A stretch of DNA of 50,548 nucleotides from Catajapyx aquilonaris (lineage: Eukaryota). The notes under the pieces are model-generated. The model worked only from the letters and a program-made list of their open reading frames with translations. It ran no database searches and was not told the DNA's origin. Shown here piece by piece: positions 1 through 11,699 of this stretch (positions within the stretch are counted from its first letter, which is position 1; every line of letters starts with the position of its first letter). The stretch is from assembly GCA_000934665.2 (NCBI GenBank), contig KZ538732.1:1-50548 (forward strand), written 5' to 3'. Both the position numbers and the translations under genes were made by a program.

Positions 1-378
1 ACATAAATCCACATACATGCAGTCATTTACGAGATAAATCTCAAACCAAAACACCCCTTTTCGCCGCCATTTTCCAAGATGGCGGCGGGTTCCCCCCACC
101 AATCGCTGTGAACTTTGGATATGTTATGCTCCACATTTTTCTGAACAAATTGTGAAAAGTTCATCTCTATTGCAGTTTATTAGAGGGTTATGGGGCATTT
201 TATCGTATCTTTCCTGCACTAGTGTCACATAGGTACTTTTTGCGTTGTCCCGGACGAAGCAAGCGTCGGACACCCCGGGACTTTTACACACTGTTTGAGA
301 ACATCATGAAGGACAGCTGTACCAAAAATTAGCTTTCTATCTCAAATTTCCAGGTTAAAACCTATTTTGACTGGACTA
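1..378. mobile_element. Possible right end of a non-autonomous DNA transposon (left end outside window)
   Basis: Ends in TTGACTGGACTA (378), reverse complement TAGTCCAGTCAA, a terminus style recalled from insect non-autonomous DNA elements. Internal hairpin CGCCGCCAT-tttccaag-ATGGCGGCG at 62-87. Partner TIR not visible. Confidence 0.25.
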
Positions 379-1110
379 TAAGGAAGACTCTTCATTTGAA
401 GATGTTTCGACTTAACATGCTATCTTTTACTGAATGCAATTCTATCAAACCGCTTCTACTTTATTGGTGTATATTTCATCCCCATTTTAATCCCATTATT
501 CTGGAGCCTTGTAACTGAAACTGGAGATTGACAAAGCACCCTGTAGGACACAGAATGGACACGAAAGCTACGTTCATTTCCGTGGAACTCGCTTGGCTTT
601 ATCCCAGGGCTCCAGCTGAGGGGTTCTTCGAAGGAAAAGAAGGTTCCTCTGAAAAAATATGCGGAAAGCACATACTGCTCCATTTCCGTAACCAAATGGA
701 GGCGTGGATCCCCCTTCCCTCCCTCTCTCCCTCCCTCCTTCCTTCCCCGCCTCTCCCTACCCCTAGAAACGAACTAATTAAGCAGGTTCTGTGAGAGTAG
801 GGACTGAGGCAAAAGGCTCATCTTGCTGGTGCTTTTCCGGATGAAAATCGCGGTCGGGGGAGTTCCCCGCGGACACTATGAAGACGTCTAGGCGTTTATC
901 TTGGCCCGAGACGCGGCCTCAAAACTACCTCCAGGAGACGGGGGGGTCTGGCCACCCCGAATTAATATCCGGAGGGGGGGGGGCTTAGCACCAGGGGGGC
1001 TCCTGACTTAATCAGGAAAGAAGTGGGACGGAACGGACTGTTTACACGGGACACAAGTAATTTGATCAGCAGATACCGTCTACAAGCTAGTACTGAGACG
1101 CCACATTGTG

Positions 1111-1279
1111 AGTACCATTTTCAAGTCAGTACCGTAGACAGTATTTGTAGACAGAATACCACCTTTGGAATCGGTACATGAATTGCAGTACGTACTACTG
1201 CCACTCTCAGGGTCGTGCCAGGGCATGCACTTAGCTGACCTCATCCCGGACAGACAGAAGCACATACTCAAGCCAATTC
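1111..1279 (-). repeat. Three-block dispersed repeat, copy A
   Basis: Minus strand reads GAATTGGCTTGAGTATGTGCTTCTGTCTGTCC ... GCACGACCCTGAGAGTGGCAGTAG (1195-1218) ... AAATGGTACT, matching five other copies. Confidence 0.8.
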
Positions 1280-1283
1280 CATA

Positions 1284-1516
1284 CAGGATGTTCCAAATTC
1301 GTGGGTCGTTTTAAATAACTGATCTCGCCCGAAGTTAGTTATTTTTTTGTAGCTTGTTACACCCCTAACCAGGTGTTCCATTCTATAGCAACTGCTATAT
1401 TCGACCTCCTTGTAGTAATTACGAACCTGAATCGGGGCACAACAAGCCATGTAAAAATAACTACTTCGGGTTATATCAGTTATTTAAAAAACAACCCATG
1501 AATTTGGAACACCCTG
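1284..1516. mobile_element. Tc1/mariner-type MITE
   Basis: TA|CAGGATGTTCCAAATTCGTGGGTCGTTTTAAATAACTGAT ... ATCAGTTATTTAAAAAACAACCCATGAATTTGGAACACCCTG; ~70-bp imperfect TIRs; TA on the left only. Confidence 0.8.
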
Positions 1517-1614
1517 ATAAGAGGCAGTAGAAAGGAAACTTTCGCTCCTTGGGCGGCCCTTGGGCGATTGATGATCTTTGTGTTGGTGTCGTCTGTATGG
1601 CTTTTGGGCGACCG

Positions 1615-1762
1615 CGCCAGGCCCTGCCAGGAACGGTCGCATTTGCCCGATAATTTTTAACGCCAGTCCGAACGAGTTTGGCGCTTATTGTGGGTTAGGT
1701 ACACTCCAACAATGCTGTCCGTATTGTGCGCTGCAGGCCAACGAACGTTATTGTGGCTTTGC
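1615..1762 (+). repeat. Dispersed repeat carrying AACGAACGTTATTGTGGCTTTG (family also at 39020-39085 and 41998-42172)
   Basis: Ordered blocks GGCCCTGCCAGG, GCGCTTATTGTG and AACGAACGTTATTGTGGCTTTG also occur in the same order at ~42054-42170. Confidence 0.65.
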
Positions 1763-1843
1763 CAATTTGCCATGGTAATCAGTTGCCATTTTTACATAAT
1801 TAGTAAAAGCGAATGTCTTTCTGTAGCTGTAATTTTTAAAAAA

Positions 1844-2057
1844 ACATTCCCTAGTGACTGTGGACATTCCCTAGTGACTGTGGACATTCCCTAGTGACTG
1901 TGGACATTCCCTAGTGACTGTGGACATTCCCTAGTGACTGTGGACATTCCCTACTGACTGTGGACATTCCCTACTGACTGTGGACATTCCCTACTGACTG
2001 TGGACATTCCCTACTGACTGTGGACATTCCCTACTGACTGTGGACATTCCCTAGTGA
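1844..2057 (+). repeat. 20-bp tandem minisatellite, ~10.5 copies
   Basis: Unit GGACATTCCCTA(G/C)TGACTGT, near perfect, with no spacers. Confidence 0.97.
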
Positions 2058-2674
2058 TCGGACATGAAAAGCCTGGTCCTAAGCAGTCTTGCCAACCTAT
2101 GTCTTTAAGTGGTTCGATTCCCCACCAGGTAGCACTTCCATCAGGATCTTTTGGACCTAAAATGGGGGCTGGGTTTGAAGTCGGTCCCACGCAAAAGATA
2201 AAGCCAGTTCGAAATGGCATCCATGCGTCTTCCGATGCGATCTTTTTTCAGACCGGTTTTGCCGCCGTCTCCTTTTGAAGGGAGGGTGGGAGAGGTGGAA
2301 GAGAGAAAAAAAGAAGGTAGGGAGAGGCGGGGGTGACAAGTGAATTACTGCCAGTCTCGGGAGACGATTTGCCATAGAAAAAGGACCCGCCTTAAAGTTA
2401 CTCCTCATTCGATTCCGTCATTCCCCCTTTTCAAAAGCTCGGTCTCTGCCAGATAAGCGAACGGATTTAATTATTTCATTTTCAGATGGGGGGTTGGGGA
2501 GGGGGGTTAATGGTGGGGGTTATTTTTTATCGGGTTTGAATGGGAATCCACACTTTTATGGGAGCAAATCAAGCGAGTTTGGGTAAAAATGAAAATGGAG
2601 GTTTTGACATGATGGGCCCAGGCCGCTAAGTTCGCACGTGGAAGCCTTTTCCAGGAATGGCACTTCTGGCCCAG

Positions 2675-3125
2675 CGAGCGGACATACCCTGTGATCGGAC
2701 ATACCATATGATCGGACATACCCTATGATCGGACATATCCTCTGAGCGGAGATAGCCTCTGATCGGACATATCCTGGTGATCAGACATACTATATGATTC
2801 ATATGGTATGTCCGATCACAGGATATGTCCGATCATAGGATATCGATCATATGATATGATCGATATCCTATGATCGGACATACCCTGTGAGCGGACATGA
2901 CTAGTGAACAGGGTATTCTCTAGTAAACGGACATTCCCTAATGTGGATAATATACCATAGAAATCGGACATTCCCTAATGTGGATATACCCCAGTAATCG
3001 GACACTCCCCATTGAACGGACATTCCCTGGCGAACGAACATTCCCTAAGTTCACTGAACGGACTTTGCCCTAATGAGCAATATTTCCTCAGTTTAATGAG
3101 CGGACATTACCTACATATTGGACAT
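2675..3125 (+). repeat. Degenerate ~17-bp minisatellite (CGGACATACCCTGTGAT / CGGACATTCCC) with internal inversion
   Basis: Repeated CGGACAT units; orientation flips around 2800-2850 (GGTATGTCCGATCAC) and flips back. Confidence 0.85.
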
Positions 3126-3149
3126 ACACCAATATTTTGACTCTACAAC

Positions 3150-3830
3150 CACCGGATTCAAGATGGCTTCGCTGACGTCATGCATTCAACTTCTATGCCA
3201 CGGATTAAAAATGGCGCTTTCATACGCACAACTTTAACTTCGACTCCTCCGTATGGGGTGACCAACGAGTCACCCTTGTTCGGCCATCTAACCTGATGGA
3301 TGAGGCTGCTTACATGTGCCTCGCACAATAGTAACGTGAGCCGCCACTGTACTACGACCTAGTTTCAGAAACTACGATCAGCATGCTAAACTTTTCCATG
3401 CGGGGGTAGGAAAAAAAAGGCTGCGTCAGCTTCGAAACCCTAAATTTAACGGTCAACTTTTGGCTAAATGCCAACTTTAAACACCATTAAGTACGACACA
3501 TCACATTGTTGTAGTTTCTATTCGAATTTAATCACTCACAAGGCCAAATTGTTAGACATGACTGATCATTCAACATGGTGTTCAGTATAATTTCTCATCG
3601 TTCAAGATGGCGCCCACTATACTCTGACGTCACGGAATCAAAATGGCGGACATTCCCCTCTGATCTCATGGATACAAAATGGCCTCCAGCTTGTTTGACG
3701 TTATTATTCAACATGTCGGACAATTAACTGACATGTATTCAAAATGGGGTCCAGAATATTTATGGCATTCAAAATGGCGGTTATTTTACTATGACGTGAT
3801 GGATTCAATATGGCGTCCCACTATGCTGAC
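3150..3830 (+). repeat. Degenerate repeat of TGACGT...TTCAA(A/G)ATGGCG units
   Basis: About 10 occurrences of (T)TCAA(A/G/T/C)ATGG(C/G)-like words, ~30-37 bp apart in 3570-3820, several preceded by TGACGT. Confidence 0.7.
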
Positions 3831-4841
3831 TTTGATGCGATTTCTACACCACACATGTTACCAACTTAACCAGAGTGTCACATAGAGTAATTTGGAAGGG
3901 AACGAATCGAAAAGTTGGCCCTCCATGACTGGAGGCTTCCAGGTATTTTGGCGGCAAGGGCGGAGGGAACACCGGGGCTGTGTCGGGTCCCATTTGCCCC
4001 GGCTTGACACCTGGACTCTGCTGCGGTTTCATGAGTAATTCATCGGGCGTCACGATGGCGATTCCTGCCTGCCTGCCCCGCAACCCTCTCCTTTTGATGG
4101 TCGGACTCACCACAGGGGAAGAGAGGGAGAGCCGAATGGGGGAGGAGGGGGGGGGGGAACATGGCCAGATTCTGCATCCCCCCCCCCCCCTCATCCCCCT
4201 CCACTATCCTAACAGTCATTCCCCCATACCATTTCTATAGATTATTTAATACCCAAGGCGTAGAGCCTCGCAGTGGTTTACCTGCAGTCTTGGGGAAGAA
4301 CGTTAGGTTTTCTGCCCAGGTTTGCAGCGCCCTCGCCCGGTGGCGTGGCTGAACTTGGCGGTTCACACCTTCAGATTTCAAAATGGCCGCATCATGTGTT
4401 CGGGGGTAGAGGTGGGACTCAAATACAGTATGTACTCATCTCAGGCTAAACCATATGAATAACATTACTTTGGGATACTAAAAGCAGTTATATTGTAAAT
4501 AATAGCTATACAATACTAAACAACTCATATAATAATAATTATATTACTAATAACTATTATCAGTTATAACAAAATAATTTATTATTATAATAATGATACT
4601 AGTTATTGTAATAATTATATACGCTACTATTGACTTTGACAACGTAACAATTATTTATAACTAAATTATAATATATTTATTGCAAGTATTGTTATTGTAA
4701 TATTTATTAGAATAGTTACAATATTTATTGTATTTGTTAAAATAACGATTATTGTAGTAATTACAGACTAATAACAATTACTGCAGTAGTTAGACTAATT
4801 GTTGTGATAGTTATGACCATGATCTTAGAATACTAAGGTCT

Positions 4842-5180
4842 GGACACTCCCTCTTATCGCTTGCCGGGGCGTTTTGCATGAGGTGCTCACTTGAGAGCGC
4901 CATGAGACAGCTTTTCATTGGGCCATTGTGTGGCGACCCTACTGGACTACGCTGAACTAAGATAGAAGAGAAGCCGCTACATGCGGTCCCAACATGGCCG
5001 TCGGCGACCATGTTGGGTCTCCCAATGTAGCGCTTCCCTTTTGTATACCTATAAAGTTCAGCGTAGTCCGGTAGGGTCGCCACATAATAGCGCAGTGAAA
5101 GGTCTCATGGCGCTCTCAGGTGAGCACCTCATGCAAAACGCCCCGGCAGGCGATAAGATAAGATTGTATGGGAAGTGTCC
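4842..5180. mobile_element. Foldback (whole-length palindromic) element, ~340 bp
   Basis: Left arm TCTTATCGCTTGCCGGGGCGTTTTGCATGAGGTGCTCACTTGAGAGCGCCATGAGAC...TGGCGACCCTACTGGACTACGCTGAACT...CCCAACATGG pairs with the right arm around a loop of only a few nt near 5001. GC-rich insert in AT-rich flanks. Confidence 0.8.
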
Positions 5181-5710
5181 GGGGGCTGGTTATGAATAAT
5201 AGCTATGCAGTAAAATTATTGTTTATTAGTTGAAGTAGTTAAATTTTAATTGTTATAATATTAAGAGTAGAAAATAAGTCATAACCATTTTAATATTAAT
5301 ACCTATTAAGATTCTATAGAATCACTGTAATAATGGCGTCAGTTTCAAGCTTGTCGTCTCTACATGACGTCTAACTTCCGTTATGACGTTACGAATTTAA
5401 GACGGAGGCAGGGTCTGTGTCAACTGGCGTCATCTGAGGCGACTTTTAACGTCGAGTTGGACTCTAGGATTCCTAGGTATTTCCTGTCACGTAATGAAAA
5501 GAGGACCTTTGGGGGGACATTAAATGTGGGTCAGTGCCTGGCCCAATGGGGCCATTCCTGCTAAAAGCAGGTCGTTTCGGGATGAATTTGTTTGTCGAGC
5601 TTTGACACTACCCACGTTTTAAATTGGCCGGTTTACTGCTATCTGTTTTTTTGCAGCGTCTCTATTTCCCCGCGAAACGAGGCTCAGTTAAGTCCTGCTC
5701 CATTAAAAAA

Positions 5711-5872
5711 TAGAGTGGCTTGAGTCTGTGCCTCTGTTTGTCCTGGGTGAGTGTCATCTGTATGACTTTTGGGTGACCGCACCAATACTGTGACCCTTCG
5801 CACGACCCTGAGAGTGGCAGGGACGGGCAGGGATGTCCAGTGAACGTCATGAATGTGAGGTATATTGTACTA
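5711..5872 (+). repeat. Three-block dispersed repeat, copy B
   Basis: GTGGCTTGAGTCTGTGCCTCTGTTTGTCC ... GCACGACCCTGAGAGTGGCAG (5800-5820) ... GTGAGGTATATTGTACTA. Confidence 0.8.
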
Positions 5873-6769
5873 CTACTACTGAAGCAGGGTTGGAAATATG
5901 ATACTTATGGCATGGAAGTGTTCCAACCCGCTTTATCTACAAAAATTCGCGCTGAAAAGGGCTGTGCATTGGCTCGCATTATCAGCACATACTGGCTATG
6001 AATCAGATTTTTTTTTTGAGATGAGTATGTGGGGGAGGGCAGGAAGTTTCACTGCATGATCCGAATAATATCCGCTCAATTACAGGCCACAATGTGGCTC
6101 CACCATAACCCACCACCCACCCACTGCCCACCCCGACTCAAAACCAGCTATTTTTCTAAGCTTGTGAAAAAACCCCGCCTTTGAACAGGTCTATCCTGTG
6201 CTAACATGTGGGATACCATCATTTTGCAAAAATTGTGCAAAAAAATTCGCAAATTATATAACACTGTCCCAATAAATAAATAGCTATTTATTATGGTTAT
6301 TTGCGAACTTTTTGCAAACCTGATCGATCAGTTTACGCTCTAATTAGGCTAAAGGAGGTGTCGATTAAGGTTTCAAGCCCAGGGTTGGAAAGTGGGGTTG
6401 ATTTTTTTTTTTTTTTNGTGAAAAAATTGAGAGCACACATGACCTGGCTTGTTTCTCAATTTTCCATGCATAAATAATACCCGGGTGTTTGCACAGGACA
6501 TTAACACGTGCCTCGGAAATTGATTACAGGTTCAACCGAGTGTCCACGTGTGCAACTCACCCTTCCTTTTCCTTCTAGTCCAGCGCATGTTAAAACGGTG
6601 ACGTTAATTAATTATGACCCACCTGGCCTGACCCCTGATGACCACTCAAATAATTGAGTCAACTGGAAGTGACAGAGAGCTCGCGTTCAGGTGTCACCAA
6701 CTCTCAGGTGCCATCAACTCTTTCTACGAGGACCAATGATGTGCAACCCATTATGGTATAATAGATGCG

Positions 6770-7440
6770 TAAATAACTAATAATTAAAATGACTAATTAT
6801 TAGAACAACTAATAATAATTACAAACAACCAATAATTAAAATCAGTAATATAATTAAAATAACCATGATTTACAAACAACCAATACTTACAATATACCTT
6901 AATTAAAATAACCAATAAGTAGATAATTAAAAACATTCATAAATAACTCATACATATTATACAAAAATTATTAAGCCACAAAACCAATAGCTGCAAAAAC
7001 TAATGATTACAAAAATAACTGACAATTATTAGAATAACCAATACATAAGTAATAAGTACTGAATAACTAACAGTTTAAAAATAATTAATATATTTCATAA
7101 CATAACTAAAGCTCAAAACTAATAATAACCAATAATAACTGATAACTAATAATAACCAATAATAACTGATAACCGATCATAACTAATGACTACTATAAAT
7201 AACTAATAGTTAAATAAACTAATAAATACATGATAAGTAACAGTTTCAAAAGTAACTACTGCACACAAAAATAATTAAGCTACAAAACCAATAGCTACAA
7301 AAACTAATGATTACAAAAAATAACTGATAATTATTAGAATAACCAATACATACAAAATAATTACTGATTAAATTAGCTAATAAATGCAAAATAAATAACA
7401 GTTTCAAAGTTAACTAACACGCCCAAAAATAAACAATTAG
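6770..7440 (+). repeat. A-rich low-complexity tract with an internal direct duplication
   Basis: AATAAC(T/C)AAT-type units; the block ACAAAACCAATAGCT(G/A)CAAAAACTAATGATTACAAAAA...TTATTAGAATAACCAATACATA occurs at ~6978 and ~7282. Confidence 0.8.
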
Positions 7441-7553
7441 CAAATTAGGATGAATTATTGTTCAACAGACAATATGGCGGACAATCCAATCTTAGGATTC
7501 AAAATGGGCGCCCATTCAGACTTAGTTATATGTAGGTTATAACTGGCTTGAGT

Positions 7554-7809
7554 TAGAGAGACTCGAGTAGGAGAGTCGCCAACTTCTGACGTCACATCCG
7601 TCTTCTCTGATTGGCTGGTGTAATTATTATGGGCTGTTTACGTGTGTACTATGGAGGCCTCGATGGAGGCTGCCATATTGCGATACTATGGAAAAAGTAA
7701 CCGGCTCTGACGTCACGGTCCACTCCGATTGGCTGTAGCCAGAAGGCCTATACTACTCCAGCCAATCACAGACGACGTGACATCAGAAGTTGGCGACTCT
7801 CTTCCTATA
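7554..7809. mobile_element. hAT-type MITE (GAGAGTCGCCAACTTCTGACGTCAC family), copy 1
   Basis: Inverted repeats GAGAGTCGCCAACTTCTGACGTCAC (7571) / GTGACATCAGAAGTTGGCGACTCTC (7801); exact 8-bp TSD GCTTGAGT at 7546-7553 and 7810-7817; second copy at 39140. Confidence 0.85.
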
Positions 7810-7920
7810 GCTTGAGTTTGTGCTTCTGTTTGTCCCTAGTAACAGCTAGATGCATGTAGTACCACTACGCACGACCCCGAGAGTGGCACTAGCGCCATAT
7901 ATGCGATGGATATGGTACTA
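7810..7920 (+). repeat. Three-block dispersed repeat, copy C (5' tip at 7541-7553 separated by the MITE insertion)
   Basis: AACTGGCTTGAGT [MITE] GCTTGAGTTTGTGCTTCTGTTTGTCC ... GCACGACCCCGAGAGTGGCAC ... GGATATGGTACTA. Confidence 0.8.
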
Positions 7921-9469
7921 CAGGTTCTGACCAAATGACGGATCTAATGATGGACAACTTGACTCCATTGTTGACACCATTGTTGTTGCTCAAGTTGGGT
8001 TTCCCCTCCCCTATACATTGTGTCGAAGGAAGAAAGAGCCGGCGGGGGTTTGTTCCTGCGGCCTAGTAACGTTGTGATCGATTTATCGGGAGAACCCAAA
8101 CTCACACACACACATGTCCGGCCAGAGAGAGACTTGGCCATTTGTTTGCTTGCCAAGGATAAAGCGGTGGCAGGGCCTCGGAACAAAGACCCTTTTCCAG
8201 ACGGGACAACCCGATATACTCACTGGACACTCTCAAGTGATGTGAGTGTGTGGACATTTCAAGTTGAAACACACTGTACTATAGGGAAGGGGGCCAGACC
8301 TCCAAAAAATACACACACCCACCACTAGGTTGGACCAAAAAAAAAAAGCTGGACAGAGTTAGAGAAAAGTTTTTTATGACAAAATTTTGGGATCGAAATG
8401 TCGTAGGCAGAGATTTGCTCTAGTTTCACCCATCTATGAAACACTCCTATAGGTACGTAAAAAAAATTATAACCATATATTTATAAGTAGGAAAGTTTAT
8501 CTGTATGTCCGGTCTATCTAACCCACTTTCAGACTACTTGTGAACTACTAAAACTGACCACATTTTAGTCCCTACCGTAGCAGATTAACAGATACGTTTC
8601 TCCGCAAAATTGTGCAAAAAAAATTGCATTGACAAAATGGAGTGGATGTTGGCGACGTCAAGTGTCAGTTGGATAGATTTTTTGGATAGATGAAAAGAGC
8701 TTTTTGAAAAAATAAATAAAAAATGTGGGGGTTGGGCTCATCTGATTAGCAAGGCCCCCCTCATTCAAAGCCGCTACTTTTCTGGCCCATCATGTCCAAA
8801 TCACTCTTAGAGATCCGGCTTTTGAAGAACTCAAAAAGGGATATGGGGGTGGGGTTGTGCAGGATCCTAATCTATGAGTTTTAAAAAAAAACAGCGAGTT
8901 CATAAACACCCGCACGTTAACCTTTTGAGTCAATTGGGTCGTGCAATTTAAGGCTAAAAAAGCGGTTAAAATTAACCAATCGCGATTAGGCTCCTTTTTT
9001 GTGTGCAAAAGATCGATGATGTTATCTCTTGAAATGTATCGATTTCGTTGGGGAGGGGGAAAAAAAGTAGATGGGGGTACACTTCACCTTCCAAAATGAC
9101 TCCAATAAAGGTTAATGTTTAGCCCATAAAAGCACAGGTACTTTGCAAAAGAATAGAGTCGCTTCTGTTATATAGAAGAGAGAGAAGAGCCGGAGGGAAA
9201 TAGCAGTTTGCGGGCAATTATTTTTCACTCCTTCAGATATAAGGTATTTCCTACCGTCCCCCCAAAAAAATTGCGCTATTTTTTTTGAAATATTGATTAT
9301 AGGATAAAAAGAGCGTTTAAAATTGTGCAAAAACGCGTTTGGAATCTTCAGTTTTTAAGGTAAAATAACTAAAAGAAACCAGTGAAAAAATATAACTTGA
9401 TCGCATTATCGCTGTTATCGTTATTTTCTATTAATAACAGTTAACGGAATGCGGAATGCTATCAGCTGT

Positions 9470-10010
9470 TTGTTGACAGTTATTGGCTAATTGTTGATAG
9501 TTATTGGCTAATTGTTGACAGTTATTCGTTATATTGCTGTTAGTCACTAGTTATTGGCAAGTTATTACTAGTTATCCATGATCCGCTACCAGTTATTAGC
9601 TATTTTATTGGTTATTGTTATTCGCTACTTGTTACTAGCAATTGCTATAACTCACCACTAAGTATGCAAAACAAAAAAAAGTTGGCACGTGATGAATTTT
9701 GTTGACCGTTATTCGTTATTTTTATGGTATATCTGCTACCTGGTTTTTTTGTTATTTTCGATTGGTAATTGCTATTTGTTACTAGTTATTCGGTAATTGT
9801 AACAAGTTATCCATGGATCAGTTACCAGTTATTCGCTATTTGTTATTGGTTATATTGCTATTCGTTACTAGTTATTCGCTATTCGTTACCAGCTACTTGC
9901 TATTTATTGCTTGCTGGTTATTCGCTATTTGTTATTGGTTACTGTCATTCGTTACCAGTTACTTGCTAGCTACTCGCTACTTGTTACTAGCTATTTGCTA
10001 TTACTCACCG
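9470..10010 (+). repeat. T-rich degenerate minisatellite (AGTTATTCGCTATTTGTTACT-like)
   Basis: Repeated GTTATT/GCTATT/GTTACT words throughout. Confidence 0.75.
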
Positions 10011-11447
10011 CTATATGTATACAAAAAAATAGCTGACAAGTAATGAATTTGACGCATTTAAAATTATTTCAGCTATTGATAAGTTCAAGATTACGTCAAA
10101 ACTGGTCCTTAATGAAGGTTAAAAAATAGCGCATTATAATTTCGCAACCCTCCACATGCGAATAATTAGCCCGACGAGTACGTCCGCCTAATTACTGATA
10201 GTTTACAACAATTTGGGGGGGGGGGGGGGGNNNGGGGGGGAGCTTGTCACAACCCCTCCAATGAGTTTCTAATTTTAGCCCTGCCTCTACCAAAGTGCTA
10301 ATAACCTCCTCTCCAATATTTTTTTCGCAACAAAAAAATTGGCACACTTTTAACAAGCCACGTGCATTATTCTAGAGGACAAAAGGTACATCGCAACAAT
10401 ACTGTATATTTAACGACTCGGATATTGGGGGATAAATTCGCCAATTTTTTGCAGATCTGACATGGGGATAAAATTCGCAAATTTTTGCACATAATGGAGG
10501 GAACAAATTCGCAAAAATTCTGTCGATCAGATGAGGTGCAAAAGGTGGCAAATTTTTACAGGTTAAACCACATTCGGCAAATTTTTGCATGGGGCCGAAT
10601 TTGCAAATTTTTTTTCGTGCGGAATATTTCACTCAATTTGGCTCAAAAAAGGTGAGATTTGCCCTTGGGTGCTTAGCGATGCTAATACTCCGCCCTTTAC
10701 CGTCCTCTTTACAAAGTGGGAATATTAAGCAGTATTATTGCCATTGCGCCTCGCCAGCTAAGATTAGACCCGGTTTTAGCGCAAAAAAAAACGCAGTTCG
10801 AAACCTTAGATTGAGAGGAAAGGATCTATAGAGAAAAGATGAGACCACATGCAATAGCTGCCTCAGCTTTAGAATTGGACTTAGAGTTTGGCTGAAATGA
10901 AAAGCTGGATCTGGGAAGCTAGAGGAATTCCCCTTGGATGACAATAGCTTTTCTGCCAAGAAATTCCGCGATTTCTGAACCCCCCTCCCCTCTTCTTAGA
11001 ATCGATCCTTGAATATTAATTCAATGGTAGAAATGACTACCTCCGCCCGCATAATTGATTTCGACCCCCCCCCCCCCCTCTCTCTCTCTCTCCCAAAGAA
11101 GAAGAAAGACAGAAAGAAGTTTCCGTTCGGATATTATTATCCGGGGAGGGAGAGGGATGTCCGGGGAAATGCTGGATGAAGAGGGACGTCCTCTCCGGAT
11201 TATGCGACACGTGGCGGGTTATTTTTAGTTTTTAGGACAGAAAATTTTAGCAGTGGGAATGGAAAGTTTGGTAAATATTAAATAGGAGTCGGAAAGGGTT
11301 AGAGTGGGGTTGGGTTGTTTCAAGAACGTATTAATGGTGTTGGTGAATTAGTGAAAGAATGTGAGCGGAAAGTCAATGCGTTCAGGAATTTAAATTTTGA
11401 TAGTTAACTACTATCTGCTATCTGCTACTTGATAACTGCTCTCTAGT

Positions 11448-11682
11448 ACGAGTTGTGGGTTCGAACCCGCTAGGTCGGTGACTTTTCTCCGGGTGGTAGA
11501 AAAGTAAGAGTGCGCCTTTCTTCGGAGGGGAAGTAAACCGGTCGGTCCCGTGTGATTGTGACAATGCGCGAGTGCACGTTAAAGATCCCCAGAGTGGCAA
11601 AATTTCCAGGAGGAGGACCACCCCCTGGCGTCGGTGTTGAGTCTCGCAGCAGAAATATGCCAACGTTAAGCCCCAAATTAAA
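11448..11682 (+). mobile_element. 5'-truncated tRNA-derived SINE with Deu/Nin-like central domain
   Basis: B box GGTTCGAACCC (11458-11468); body CTTCGGAGGGGAAGTAAACCGGTCGGTCCCG...GCACGTTAAAGATCCC resembles, from memory, the conserved Deu/Nin SINE domain; 3' CGTTAAGCCCCAAA. A box absent. Confidence 0.7.
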
Positions 11683-11699
11683 GTACTTAAGCTCGCCAA

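Noticed and set aside
1080..1271. 'HDPESG' peptide as a duplicated coding exon family
   Set aside because: The motif is the cassette core; copies lie on both strands, have variable-length linkers and nearby stops (e.g. copy D), and lack consistent splice sites.
1844..2057. CRISPR-like array (also considered for 36205-36960 and 30060-30460)
   Set aside because: Units are head-to-tail with no unique spacers, there are no cas genes, and the context is eukaryotic.
5885..5931. Short inverted repeat GGGTTGGAA...TTCCAACCC as a hAT remnant
   Set aside because: Only ~9-11 bp of pairing and no TSD.
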